Positions 47,321 to 57,123 of a stretch of DNA of 64,000 nt are shown one piece after another (the first letter of the stretch is position 1; each line of letters begins with the position of its first letter). The notes beneath the pieces are model-generated. The model saw only the letters and a program-made list of their open reading frames with translations, ran no database searches and was not told where the DNA came from. The DNA lies in assembly GCA_012959605.1 (NCBI GenBank), contig DUCU01000032.1:51883-115882 (forward strand), read 5' to 3'. A program made the translations under genes and the position numbers. The stretch is from Dehalococcoidia bacterium. GTDB lineage: Bacteria; Chloroflexota; Dehalococcoidia; Lucifugimonadales; UBA3495.

Positions 47321-48257
47321 AAGCACAGATTCCGGACAATCAACAATCAATAACCCTGAAGGTCAATCTGGAACAGGGAACGCTGGTGGTCTCAAGGGTT
47401 TATTAAATGACTATGTGACGCTCACCAAGCCGCCAATAATCTCACTGCTACTGATCACAGCGATCGGCGGCATGTTCTTGGCCGCAGAGGGGGTACCATC
47501 CCTGACTACTCTGCTCCTGGTCTGCGTGGGCGGAGCATTGGGAGCCGGTGGCGCCAACGCCATCAACCATTTCTTGGACCAAGACATTGACGCCATAATG
47601 TCTCGGACCATCAAACGACCGGTGGCCAGCAACCGCATCTCTCCGATGCATGCACTGATCTTTGGCATTGCGCTGAACGTTGGCGCATTCTTTGTTCTGA
47701 CCTATTGGGTGAACCTGATAGCAGCCGTCCTCACCCTAGCTGCCACACTCTTCTACGTACTGGTCTACACCGGCTGGCTCAAACGCAATACACCGCAAAA
47801 CATTGTCATCGGCGGCGCTGCAGGGGCCATACCGCCAATGGTGGGCTGGGCAGCGGTCACGGGCAGTGTGGATTTGCCCGCCTTGTATCTGTTTACCATA
47901 GTTTTCTTTTGGACGCCGCCCCATTTTTGGGCACTGGCTCTGATGATTCAAGACGACTACGCGGAGGCTCGAGTGCCCATGCTGCCGGTGGTGGTGGGTG
48001 AAGAACGCACTGTGCAGAACATTTTCATGTATAGCCTGGCATTGATCGCACTGACGATACTTTTTGCAGCTTCCGACGCTGTGGGCCTAATCTACCTTGG
48101 GTCAGCAGCAGTTCTTGGGGCGTTTTTCATCCATCTGGCTTGGAAGTTGAAACAGGATTACAGCATCCGCAGGGCCAAACATCTGTATCTTTACTCCCTG
48201 CTATATCTGGCGCTTTTATTTGCAGTGATGCTGCCAGACAGCGTCTTCCACTTTTAA
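47313..48257 (+). CDS. ctaB: Protoheme IX farnesyltransferase (heme O synthase)
   Basis: LTKP, DIDAIMSRT..RP, NIVIGG and FWTPPHFWAL. Confidence 0.95.
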   Translation: MAESTDSGQSTINNPEGQSGTGNAGGLKGLLNDYVTLTKPPIISLLLITAIGGMFLAAEGVPSLTTLLLVCVGGALGAGGANAINHFLDQDIDAIMSRTIKRPVASNRISPMHALIFGIALNVGAFFVLTYWVNLIAAVLTLAATLFYVLVYTGWLKRNTPQNIVIGGAAGAIPPMVGWAAVTGSVDLPALYLFTIVFFWTPPHFWALALMIQDDYAEARVPMLPVVVGEERTVQNIFMYSLALIALTILFAASDAVGLIYLGSAAVLGAFFIHLAWKLKQDYSIRRAKHLYLYSLLYLALLFAVMLPDSVFHF

Positions 48258-48512
48258 CCGATAAAACACCCCGTTTTAGGCGTACCATTATGTCTTTACT
48301 AAGCCCAAAACGCGTTGACAGGCCACTTGAGGCTGTGATAGTGTCGGCAAGGTTAGTGAAATTTGGCACACACACGCTCAAGAAGTGGTCATTTTGAGGG
48401 CGATTTAGCCTAAAATAATGAACAACTTCGAGGCGTGATTACCAGGCTAAATAAAACTCCGGGGAGTCAACAAATGGGGCTGCCGCCCTTCCGACGGGCA
48501 GGATCCCTTCCC

Positions 48513-49667
48513 ATGCAACCCTCTTCGAAATCCAATCAACCCACGGGACGCCGCAGTAGTCTAAAGAACCGATCGGTTCTCTTTGGTCTAATGGCGGCCC
48601 TTTTCTTGTTCGCGGTTGGTTGTACCAAAGACGGCCAATCAACCTGGGAAGCATTTGGTCCTGTCGCACAAAAGCAATTAGACCTTTTCAACGTCATTCT
48701 ATGGGTCATGGTCGCCGTCTTCATCTTAGTAGAGGGCGTACTCGTCTACGCAATCGTCCGTTATCGCCGACGTCCAGGAGACGCCAAGCCACCACAGATC
48801 CACGGCAACAACACGTTGGAAATCACCCTGACCATCATTCCAACGATTCTAGTGCTCGCTTTAGGAATCTGGTCGGTATTCGCCCTCTTTGAAATCGACA
48901 AGCCGCCTGAAGACGGACCAGCGCCGCTCCAGGTAACCGTAACCGGCCACCAGTGGTGGTTTGAGTTTGAATACCCCGATGCTGGCAACGGTAAGAAGAT
49001 TATCACCGCTAACGAGATGAGAATCCCGGTTGACCGTCCAATCCAGATAAGCCTGGAGTCAGACGATGTGATTCACAGCTTCTGGGTTCCCAAGCTTGCT
49101 GGTAAATTAGACATGGTTCCAACTCACATCAATAAGATGTGGTTTCAAGCTGACTCAGACAAGATCACAGATGACTTGCCAGTCACATTGTATGGACAAT
49201 GCGCTGAATTGTGCGGCCTAGCCCATGCCTTAATGCGCTTCCGTGTCACAGTCATGGAACAAGATGATTTCGATTCCTGGGTAGCTGCTTACGGGCCGCC
49301 GCCTACCAACACAGCCAAAGCCAAACAGGGCGCACAGATCTTTGCACACCACTGCACCCTATGTCACACGATAGACGGCCCTGACGACCCGGCCCTCTCA
49401 GCCAGCCGTTTGACCGGGTTCCTGACCGGTGGGGACATAACCCCGGTGCCTGCGCCGAACCTGACAGACCTAAGAACTCGCAACACACTTGCAGCGGGCA
49501 TCGTCGACCTGAATGAGACGACCTTGAGACAATGGCTACACAACCCAGAAGACGTGAAGCCCGGCAACTATATGTCGGAACGCGCGGTCTTGTACCAAGA
49601 CGGGCCCGCAAACCTACCCGATGAAGCGATAGATGCCCTAATTGGGTATCTGCTAGACCTGCGGTAG
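48513..49667 (+). CDS. ctaC: Cytochrome c oxidase subunit II with a fused cytochrome c domain (caa3 type)
   Basis: Lipobox FAVGC, HQWW, DVIHSFW, CuA motif CAELCGLAHALM, heme c CTLCH and distal Met PGNYM. Start uncertain. Confidence 0.93.
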   Translation: MQPSSKSNQPTGRRSSLKNRSVLFGLMAALFLFAVGCTKDGQSTWEAFGPVAQKQLDLFNVILWVMVAVFILVEGVLVYAIVRYRRRPGDAKPPQIHGNNTLEITLTIIPTILVLALGIWSVFALFEIDKPPEDGPAPLQVTVTGHQWWFEFEYPDAGNGKKIITANEMRIPVDRPIQISLESDDVIHSFWVPKLAGKLDMVPTHINKMWFQADSDKITDDLPVTLYGQCAELCGLAHALMRFRVTVMEQDDFDSWVAAYGPPPTNTAKAKQGAQIFAHHCTLCHTIDGPDDPALSASRLTGFLTGGDITPVPAPNLTDLRTRNTLAAGIVDLNETTLRQWLHNPEDVKPGNYMSERAVLYQDGPANLPDEAIDALIGYLLDLR

Positions 49668-49740
49668 ATTCTACCAATAGGAGCAAAGACCGTGGCGTTC
49701 TCGATGGCTTAGCCTGAGAAGACCCCGGACAAAGCAAAAG

Positions 49741-51579
49741 ATGGCAGCGATAACCGGCGTAATTCCACGACCAACAAGCTATGCGGGCATATGGGGCTGG
49801 ATGACAACAGTCGACCATAAGCGCATCGCTGTGCTTTACGGCGTAACTGCATTTATTTTCATGTTGATTGCGGGCGTAGAAGCCGGCGTCATACGGTTGC
49901 AGTTGGCTTCAGCCGACAGCGACTTAATCGGTCCTGGCCGTTTCAACCAGATGTTTACCATGCACGCCACCACGATGGTATTCATGGTCATCATGCCGCT
50001 AGGTGTCAGCTTCTTTAACTTCGTAATACCATTGGCCATTGGCGCCCGAGACGTGGCGTTCCCAAGGCTAAATGCCCTCAGCTTTTGGCTCTTCCTGTTC
50101 GGTGGAATACTCATGCACGTGAGTTTCCTTGTAGATCAGGTTCCGGACGCTGGTTGGTTCTCTTACGCCAACCTCACAGAAAAACCCTTCAGCATGAACA
50201 GAGGCTTGGACTACTGGGCCATCAGCCTTTTGGTCATGGGTTCTGCATCAGTTGCTGGTGGGCTTAACTTCGTGGTGACAATAATCAACTTGCGGGCGCC
50301 GGGCATGTCTATGATGCGAATGCCGGTTTTTGTTTGGATGACCTTAATCACATCCATCCTATTGGTGCTGGCCTTCCCAGTGATTACCGTAGGGTTGATT
50401 GAACTAGTCATGGACCGTAACTTCGGTACCCACTTCTTCATTCCTTCTGAAGGTGGTGACCCGGTTCTCTGGCAGCATCTGTTCTGGGTGTTTGGCCATC
50501 CTGAAGTGTACATTCTGATTCTTCCACCAATGGGAATAGTTTCAGAAGTTCTACCGACGTTCTCCCGGAAGCCCCTGTTCGGCTACCCGTTCGTCATTTT
50601 CTCTGGAATAGTCATCGGAATCATGGGATGGGCGGTATGGAGCCACCATATGTTCACCGTGGGTCTTGGCCCAGTGGCGAACTCGGTCTTCACTATCACC
50701 ACCATGTTAATTGCAGTGCCAACCGGCGTGAAAATCTTTAACTGGATTGGAACGCTGTGGAGGGGCTCCATCGAGTTTACGACTTCGATGATGTTTGCCC
50801 TCGGATTTGTAGCTCTGTTCATCGTTGGTGGACTGAGCGGTGTGTCCCATGCTGTGTCGCCTTCAGACTTCCAGCAACAAGACACTTACTACATCGTCGC
50901 CCATATTCACTATGTACTATTTGGTGGATCAATCTTCGGTATCTTCGCTGGCATCTACTACTGGTGGCCGAAGATAACCGGCAAGATGCTCAATGAAACC
51001 TTAGGTCGGCTGAACTTCTGGCTGATGTTCATCGGAATGAACCTCACGTTCTTCCCAATGCATTACCTCGGTCTGAACGGCATGCCCCGCAGGATATACA
51101 CCTACTCTGCAGAGTTCGGCTGGGAGCATCTGAACCAGTTAGCCAGCGTCGGCTACGTAGTATTATTCGTATCCTTCCTGATTTTCATCCTCAACGTTTT
51201 GCAAACCCGTAATTCACGTAAGGTTAGCCACGACCCATGGGATGCCCCGGGTATTGAGTGGAGCATCGCTTCCCCGCCCCCTCCGTATAACTTTGCTGAG
51301 CTACCTGAGGTCGAGGGACGGGACCATTATTGGATTTTGAAAGATCGGGCTGAGGCCGCCGGAACCCCGATTACAGAACCGGAAGCCCTGGTTGACGAAA
51401 GCACTATCCATATGCCTAGCCCGTCTTACTGGCCGATATTAATAGCAGCGGGCGTGGCACTGATCGGCGGTGGGCTTCTGTCCCACTACGCCCTCAGCTT
51501 TGTTGGCGGAGCCATAGCCATGATGGGCGCTGTAGGCTGGAGCAATGAACCCCCAGCCGCACCCAGCGAGCACCACTAG
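49741..51579 (+). CDS. ctaD: Cytochrome c oxidase subunit I (A1 type)
   Basis: DHKRI, TMHA, WVFGHPEVY, WSHHM, AHIHY and GMPRR. Confidence 0.97.
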   Translation: MAAITGVIPRPTSYAGIWGWMTTVDHKRIAVLYGVTAFIFMLIAGVEAGVIRLQLASADSDLIGPGRFNQMFTMHATTMVFMVIMPLGVSFFNFVIPLAIGARDVAFPRLNALSFWLFLFGGILMHVSFLVDQVPDAGWFSYANLTEKPFSMNRGLDYWAISLLVMGSASVAGGLNFVVTIINLRAPGMSMMRMPVFVWMTLITSILLVLAFPVITVGLIELVMDRNFGTHFFIPSEGGDPVLWQHLFWVFGHPEVYILILPPMGIVSEVLPTFSRKPLFGYPFVIFSGIVIGIMGWAVWSHHMFTVGLGPVANSVFTITTMLIAVPTGVKIFNWIGTLWRGSIEFTTSMMFALGFVALFIVGGLSGVSHAVSPSDFQQQDTYYIVAHIHYVLFGGSIFGIFAGIYYWWPKITGKMLNETLGRLNFWLMFIGMNLTFFPMHYLGLNGMPRRIYTYSAEFGWEHLNQLASVGYVVLFVSFLIFILNVLQTRNSRKVSHDPWDAPGIEWSIASPPPPYNFAELPEVEGRDHYWILKDRAEAAGTPITEPEALVDESTIHMPSPSYWPILIAAGVALIGGGLLSHYALSFVGGAIAMMGAVGWSNEPPAAPSEHH

Positions 51580-51591
51580 GAGACTGAGAAC

Positions 51592-52212
51592 GTGGCCCAC
51601 GCAGTAGAACACGAATATACAACCACTGGTTTAAACCACCGGAAAATGCTCATGTGGGTGTTTTTGGGGTCGGACTGTCTTTTCTTCGGCTCTTTGATCG
51701 CCACCTACATGGTCTATCGCGGCCAGAGTTTGGTCGGACCTTATCCCATCGACATCATCGATGTCCCGCTAACAACCGTCAGTACCTTTGTCTTGTTGAT
51801 GAGCAGCTTCGCCATGGTGCAAGCCTTATCGGCAACCCAAGCAGATAATAAGAAAGGACTCGTTACCTGGCTGCTGATTACAGCAGGGCTCGGAGCGATC
51901 TTCATAGGGTTCCAGATCTACGAGTTCAACTCTTTCAAGAATGAGGGCCTGACCTTGGGCGGCAACCTATTCGGTGCCACATTCTTTACGCTTACTGGCT
52001 TCCACGGCGCTCACGTGACCCTGGGAATCATTTGGCTGTTGGCCATGGCCTACATTGGCGGCAAAGGTCGCTTGGGCCCCAACACAGTTCTAGATGTTGA
52101 ACTCCTGGGCTTGTACTGGCACTTTGTTGACATTGTTTGGATTGTAATTTTCACTCTGTTGTACCTTATCGGCGGGTTCGATGCCGGTCCAGTGCCTATC
52201 CCAAGCCCATAA
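51592..52212 (+). CDS. ctaE: Cytochrome c oxidase subunit III
   Basis: TGFHGAHV and YWHFVDIVW. Confidence 0.95.
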   Translation: MAHAVEHEYTTTGLNHRKMLMWVFLGSDCLFFGSLIATYMVYRGQSLVGPYPIDIIDVPLTTVSTFVLLMSSFAMVQALSATQADNKKGLVTWLLITAGLGAIFIGFQIYEFNSFKNEGLTLGGNLFGATFFTLTGFHGAHVTLGIIWLLAMAYIGGKGRLGPNTVLDVELLGLYWHFVDIVWIVIFTLLYLIGGFDAGPVPIPSP

Positions 52213-52257
52213 AACCCATTCTGGACCGAACTCCATTAGGAGTCTCTAAGAAGTAAT

Positions 52258-53055
52258 ATGGCCCACGAAACCGAACATACATCGAATCACCCCACATTCA
52301 ATCAATATGTGTTTATCGCGATTGTCCTTTTCGCGATCACCATTGTTGAATTCGGACTGATCTGGGACCGGATTGGCATCGCAGACGACTTGGGTGTCAC
52401 CAAAATTCCGATACTGATTGGTCTCTCGGCGATAAAATTCGCCATCGTAATCATGTATTACATGCACTTGAAGTTTGATGATCGATTCTTCGGGACCGTC
52501 TTCATTGCCGGTTTGGTACTCGCGTTCGTGGTTGGTGGAGCTTTAATAACGCTTTTCATCGGTTTTGAAGCCAAGCCTCGTGAATACGCCTTGGCCCACG
52601 CTGTCCCATACGAAGGACATGAAGCTGCTGAAGAGCACGCAGCCGAAGTTGTCGAGCCTGGCACTGGCGCAGAAACGACCGTAGCATCCGGGCCCGTGGA
52701 GTTAGCTGTTGGCGTAGTGGGTGAAACACTCGCTTTCGACACGGCCAACATTACCGCAAAATCGGGTTCTGAAGTAACGATTACTTTCAAAAACTCTTCA
52801 GCTAACAACCAGCACAACCTGGTAATTGTTCAAGACGGGACCAAAGACGAGGTTGCCACCGACGGCACGACAGCCGGTCCTGACAACGACTGGGTAGCGC
52901 CCGGCGATGCCAGGGTGGTTGCCAACACTCCGCTATTGGCTTCGGGAGCCTCAGGCGAGGTGATTTTCACCGCTCCGGCCCCAGGCACCTATCAGTTCGT
53001 TTGTACCTTCCCAGGACATAACTTCACCATGTTCGGAGACTTCATAGTCAACTAA
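52258..53055 (+). CDS. ctaF: Cytochrome c oxidase subunit IV fused to a plastocyanin/azurin (auracyanin-like) domain
   Basis: K...V..YYMHLKFD subunit IV motif with 3 TM helices. C-terminal HNLV...YQFVCTFPGHNFTM type-1 copper site. Confidence 0.88.
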   Translation: MAHETEHTSNHPTFNQYVFIAIVLFAITIVEFGLIWDRIGIADDLGVTKIPILIGLSAIKFAIVIMYYMHLKFDDRFFGTVFIAGLVLAFVVGGALITLFIGFEAKPREYALAHAVPYEGHEAAEEHAAEVVEPGTGAETTVASGPVELAVGVVGETLAFDTANITAKSGSEVTITFKNSSANNQHNLVIVQDGTKDEVATDGTTAGPDNDWVAPGDARVVANTPLLASGASGEVIFTAPAPGTYQFVCTFPGHNFTMFGDFIVN

Positions 53056-53082
53056 TCCCGGTGAGCCCCGCTTTAATTGAGT

Positions 53083-53125
53083 AATGTAAAAGACCCTCCT
53101 GTATCACAGGAGGGTCTTTTACATT
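53083..53125. terminator. Bidirectional intrinsic terminator
   Basis: AATGTAAAAGACCCTCCTGT-ATC-ACAGGAGGGTCTTTTACATT perfect 20 bp stem. Confidence 0.9.
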
Positions 53126-53168
53126 GTCTCTTTATGTTCGTCGCTCTTACGTATTGGTCTGATTACCG

Positions 53169-54110
53169 CTAGACGGCATACCCTCCCAGAAACCCATCTT
53201 TAATTGGTTCGACTATTCTTTCGCCCATTTGTCTGGCGGCCGTCTTGAGCCCCTGTTGCGCAAAGAGTAGGTCCCTAGATGTAATCTCCAATTTGGATGA
53301 TGCGGCCAGTTTTACGGCATAGTCGGCCAGGAACCGGTCCACATGTGACTCGTCCTCAGCCATGCTTCTAAAAACCCGGTACATGGGCAGTGTCCGAACA
53401 AAGTTATGCACTTCATCTCGTGTCAGTTCAGGGTGTTGGTCGAGATTCAGTGAAATGCCAAAATCAATCAAGCGACAGGCTCCATTTAAGGCCACTAAAA
53501 GATGCGAGCGACCCTTGGGGTCGGAAAAGGTCACATCGTTGTAGTAAATGTCAGCCTGGTGCAATTGGCGGAGCATTTTGCCCACTTGAAAGCCAATTTG
53601 AGTTAAATGGTCATCTGTCTGCCGTTCTTCGGGTAATTCGGTGAAAAACGTCCCGGAAACAAATTCTTCGGTCAGGTAACCCGGCAAGGTTTCCAACTGA
53701 ACCGGCCCAACGCCAATCTGCCCGGCGATGAGAGCCAGCTGGTCTTCCCTGACGCTCTGTAGCGGTTTGATGACAACCGCCCGGTCGGCAAAGATCAGCG
53801 TGACCACCATTCCTCTGGCGCGGCCGGAGAATTCCAACTTTGGCAGGTCCGATCCAGACCGCAGCCGCTCGAACACTTCTGGGAAGAACGCATAACGGGA
53901 GAGCGCTTTTACCGTAGGGTCTGCAGTGAGACGCAGAAACAACGGTAGCTCCAAATCAAATAATTTCCAGAAGGGCGGCATATGCTCGGGAACAGGCATC
54001 CCCGGAGCCGGCCGCATTGCGTCGATCACTTCTTCGGGCGGCTTTGGTGGTGAAGGTGCAATAGCACGTCTAATGACCGCTACTTCTTCAGGTGAGTAGT
54101 CCAGTGGCAT
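53169..54110 (-). CDS. Atypical protein-kinase-like fold protein
   Basis: Gly loop SGRARG, VVIK, TEEFVSG, LHQADIYYNDV and LIDFG. Confidence 0.7.
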   Translation of the reverse strand: MPLDYSPEEVAVIRRAIAPSPPKPPEEVIDAMRPAPGMPVPEHMPPFWKLFDLELPLFLRLTADPTVKALSRYAFFPEVFERLRSGSDLPKLEFSGRARGMVVTLIFADRAVVIKPLQSVREDQLALIAGQIGVGPVQLETLPGYLTEEFVSGTFFTELPEERQTDDHLTQIGFQVGKMLRQLHQADIYYNDVTFSDPKGRSHLLVALNGACRLIDFGISLNLDQHPELTRDEVHNFVRTLPMYRVFRSMAEDESHVDRFLADYAVKLAASSKLEITSRDLLFAQQGLKTAARQMGERIVEPIKDGFLGGYAV

Positions 54111-54445
54111 CAGTTTTCCAGAAAATGCACGCCATTGGCATCCACCTGCAGAATCCTCTCTCGAACCACCGCGCCGGCGTTCAACATCCCATAGATGTGG
54201 GGGTAGATCTCACCCGACCTACTCGGTTCTTCTTTAAGCGGAGATGTCAGCTTATCCCGGTCCACGTCCAACACCAAAAGGTTTTTATCGCCGGGATACA
54301 GACGCTCGGAAACCTTGAGCAGCTGGGGGATATCTTTAGAACAGTGGATGAACCCCTCTTCTGCCAAACTCGGCGCGGAATATTCACCGGTGGGCTTGGC
54401 GGTCTCCCAAGTGTCTTTGTAGGTCAAGTGAAAGATCAAAGCCAT
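54110..54445 (-). CDS. DUF952 domain protein
   Basis: IFH...W, SL..EGFIHCS and YPHIYG.LN. Confidence 0.9.
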   Translation of the reverse strand: MALIFHLTYKDTWETAKPTGEYSAPSLAEEGFIHCSKDIPQLLKVSERLYPGDKNLLVLDVDRDKLTSPLKEEPSRSGEIYPHIYGMLNAGAVVRERILQVDANGVHFLEN

Positions 54446-54558
54446 TAATAAACCTCCCTGGGTTATAAGTGGTCAATCACAAACTATCGCGGAAAATTGT
54501 ACCTCAGAACTGCCAGTGTTAGGATGATACCCGCAAACAAACGGGGAGGTCATCCAGT

Positions 54559-55239
54559 ATGCGGGGCGAGATACACGAAGGAACCGGACTTCAGTACGTA
54601 ACAATGGTACCGGACGAGTACACGTCGGACTCGTCCTATCCTCTGGTGATAATGCTCCATGGGTTTGGCGCAAACATGCAGGACCTGGCAGGCCTGGCAC
54701 CCGTGATCAACGACACCGACTACGTTTACGCCTGTCCCAACGCACCAATTCCCTTTGAACTTGGGCCAGGGCAAACCGGGTTCGGGTGGATGACACCCCG
54801 TGGCGGCGGCACTCCTGACGAAACAGCCAACTCTGTGAAGTTGGTCGGCGATTTCTTCGATTCTATCTTCAAGGAATTCAACGTCGCGCCCGGAAACGCG
54901 CTATTGTTGGGCTTCTCCCAGGGCGGAGGAATGACCTACCGTTGTGGACTGAGCCGGGCCGACAAGTTCGCCGGCCTAGTTGCCTTGAGCGCCACCCTCC
55001 CCGAGCAGGAAGAATTGGCTGCTGGATTGCCAGAAAAACGCACTCAACCCATCTTCATCGCCCAAGGCAGGCACGACCAGATGGTCTCTGAGGATACCGC
55101 CCATTCTGCCAAAGCGTTTTTGGAAAGCAACGGGTACAGCCCAGATTTCCATCTCTACGACATGGGTCACGAGATCAGCAACGAAGTGCTGCAAGACCTC
55201 ATTCCTTGGGTCGCAAAAGTCCTCCCGCCTAAGGCCTAA
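54559..55239 (+). CDS. Phospholipase/carboxylesterase
   Basis: LHGFG, GFSQGG, D and MGH. Confidence 0.9.
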   Translation: MRGEIHEGTGLQYVTMVPDEYTSDSSYPLVIMLHGFGANMQDLAGLAPVINDTDYVYACPNAPIPFELGPGQTGFGWMTPRGGGTPDETANSVKLVGDFFDSIFKEFNVAPGNALLLGFSQGGGMTYRCGLSRADKFAGLVALSATLPEQEELAAGLPEKRTQPIFIAQGRHDQMVSEDTAHSAKAFLESNGYSPDFHLYDMGHEISNEVLQDLIPWVAKVLPPKA

Positions 55240-55253
55240 CAGAACAAGCCAGG

Positions 55254-55691
55254 CTAGAGATCAGTGTCGTCCTTCCACGAGATTATCTTGTTGATGGAAA
55301 TCTCGATTAAGACCATGCGCTGTTGTCCTAGTAGTTCCTTGGCAAATTCAGCCCCCCTGGTCGGTCCGTCGTAGAGTAGGCACATCCGCTCCACGATATC
55401 GTCTAGACCATCAGATGTCACCCTGGCTTGGCCCTCCAACAACAAGTAAGACAATGGCCGTTCCGGAGTGGCGATTGATAATGCCACCGCCGGGTTCTGT
55501 TTGATATTTTTGACCTTTACTGTGCTAGTGTCGGCCATGACCCAGGCCCTCCCTTTACTACCGGTTGCCTGTTCCCATAAGAACCAAACGGGCGCAACGT
55601 GGGGCCTGCCCCCCGTGCGAACGGTAACAAAATGGGCGATTCTTGCCTCGGATAGAAATGAATCTTGTTCTTCTTGACTCAGTCTGGCCAT
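55254..55691 (-). CDS. Pyridoxamine 5'-phosphate oxidase-like (F420/FMN split barrel) protein
   Basis: GRPHVAPVWF and KVKNI..NP.V. Confidence 0.88.
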   Translation of the reverse strand: MARLSQEEQDSFLSEARIAHFVTVRTGGRPHVAPVWFLWEQATGSKGRAWVMADTSTVKVKNIKQNPAVALSIATPERPLSYLLLEGQARVTSDGLDDIVERMCLLYDGPTRGAEFAKELLGQQRMVLIEISINKIISWKDDTDL

Positions 55692-55813
55692 TGGTTTTCT
55701 CCGTATAATCTTAGGTCCGGGACCGGCCTAATATATCAGCTTGGTCAATCACACTCCTACCGGAGCCTCATATTCATTTCAAACTCAAAAAATTCCTAGC
55801 GTTTGCCTTTAGT

Positions 55814-56854
55814 TTGGTCATGTTGGCGGCTATTGCTTGCAGCGGCTCTCCCACACCAGAAAGCCAAACCAGCTCCGGGCTGCTGGTGAACCTGCCGCAA
55901 GACGAAGCGCCGCACGATGCCGGCATCGAATGGTGGTACTTCAACGGGCTATTCACCGACGACCTTGGTCAGGAATACAGCTACCATTATGTTACGTTCC
56001 AGAGTGAAGCCATGGAGTCGGCTGTGCCACACCTATTACAGGCCAGCTTGGGCGTCCACAGCTCCGGCAAACACATGACAGGCGAGAAGATAATCCTAGA
56101 CACTTTCAGTGCCGACGCAGTAGGTATTGACATCGCAGTCAACGGCTGGGAAATGCTGGGCGACGGCGAGTTCTACAGCCTGGAATTTGACCTGGATGAA
56201 TACGCTTTGGACCTGAAGGCCATCCCCGTACGCCCTCCAATCCTGCACCAAGATGGTCTGGTAAACCTGGGGCCCGCCGGTGACACGTTCTACTACTCCC
56301 GAACCCGCTTGGACACCACAGGCAGCATTACCGTGGCCGGTGAACAGCGAGAAATCACCGGGGTTAGCTGGATGGATCACCAGTGGGGGGACGTTATTGG
56401 CCAGCAGGTTGGCTGGGACTGGGCCAGCGTCCAACTGGACGACGGCAGTGACCTGATGGCAGTTATGGTCTGGAACCCGGCCAACAGGGAACCGTTCTCC
56501 GGGTATGCCACCCTGGTATCACCCGATGGCACAACATCGACCCTGGAGCAACCTGATGTGTCCATTACCTCAATTGAAACCTGGACCAGCCCCGTCACTG
56601 GGATCAAATACCCCAGCGGCTGGAAGATAGACATCAGTTCCCTGAATTTAAGCCTCGAGCTGAAGCCGGTGCTCCTGAATTCGGAGTTCGCCGGCAGCCG
56701 ATACACGCCAGCGGCATATTGGGAAGGGGAAGTACGAGTGGTTGGAACTCGCGAGGGGAAAGATGTTACCGGTAGAGGCTTTGTGGAGTTGGTTGGTTAC
56801 GATCCCACCCAATTAGACAGCCCGGCCGACCCGGCCCTGTACCCGCGACGGTAA
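55814..56854 (+). CDS. CrtC/AttH-like lipocalin-fold lipoprotein
   Basis: Lipobox AAIAC, EWWY, YYS, WMDHQWG, GWDW and YWEG. The true start may lie slightly upstream. Confidence 0.85.
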   Translation: MVMLAAIACSGSPTPESQTSSGLLVNLPQDEAPHDAGIEWWYFNGLFTDDLGQEYSYHYVTFQSEAMESAVPHLLQASLGVHSSGKHMTGEKIILDTFSADAVGIDIAVNGWEMLGDGEFYSLEFDLDEYALDLKAIPVRPPILHQDGLVNLGPAGDTFYYSRTRLDTTGSITVAGEQREITGVSWMDHQWGDVIGQQVGWDWASVQLDDGSDLMAVMVWNPANREPFSGYATLVSPDGTTSTLEQPDVSITSIETWTSPVTGIKYPSGWKIDISSLNLSLELKPVLLNSEFAGSRYTPAAYWEGEVRVVGTREGKDVTGRGFVELVGYDPTQLDSPADPALYPRR

Positions 56855-57094
56855 TTAGGAAGCGAACAGCCCTTTAATTACCTCGGCTACACGAGCCTGT
56901 TGCGCTGGGATATCGTCGGGTTGGACCGGTATGGGAAGGACATTAAGCTCAGCCAGCACCTGCCCCGTCAGTAGAACGGATTCTTCCTCGGAGAGAGCCC
57001 ATTTGCTGGCGATGTCTGCGGCTCCGTAGAGCACTGCCTGTCGAAAGCCGTAGTCGGCCACGGCGCGGTTGGCTATATCGATTAATTTGTCCAT
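56855..57094 (-). CDS. Small protein resembling Os1348/NHLP-leader clan proteins
   Basis: NRAVADYGFRQ...ALSEEE pattern. GAGAG RBS. Confidence 0.55.
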   Translation of the reverse strand: MDKLIDIANRAVADYGFRQAVLYGAADIASKWALSEEESVLLTGQVLAELNVLPIPVQPDDIPAQQARVAEVIKGLFAS

Positions 57095-57123
57095 GAATCT
57101 CTCGTCTTAAAGTAATCGCCAGG

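Noticed and set aside
48350-48372. Rex operator upstream of ctaC
   Set aside because: TAGTGAAATTTGGCACAC matches only part of TTGTGAA-N4-TTCACAA, which is too weak to call.
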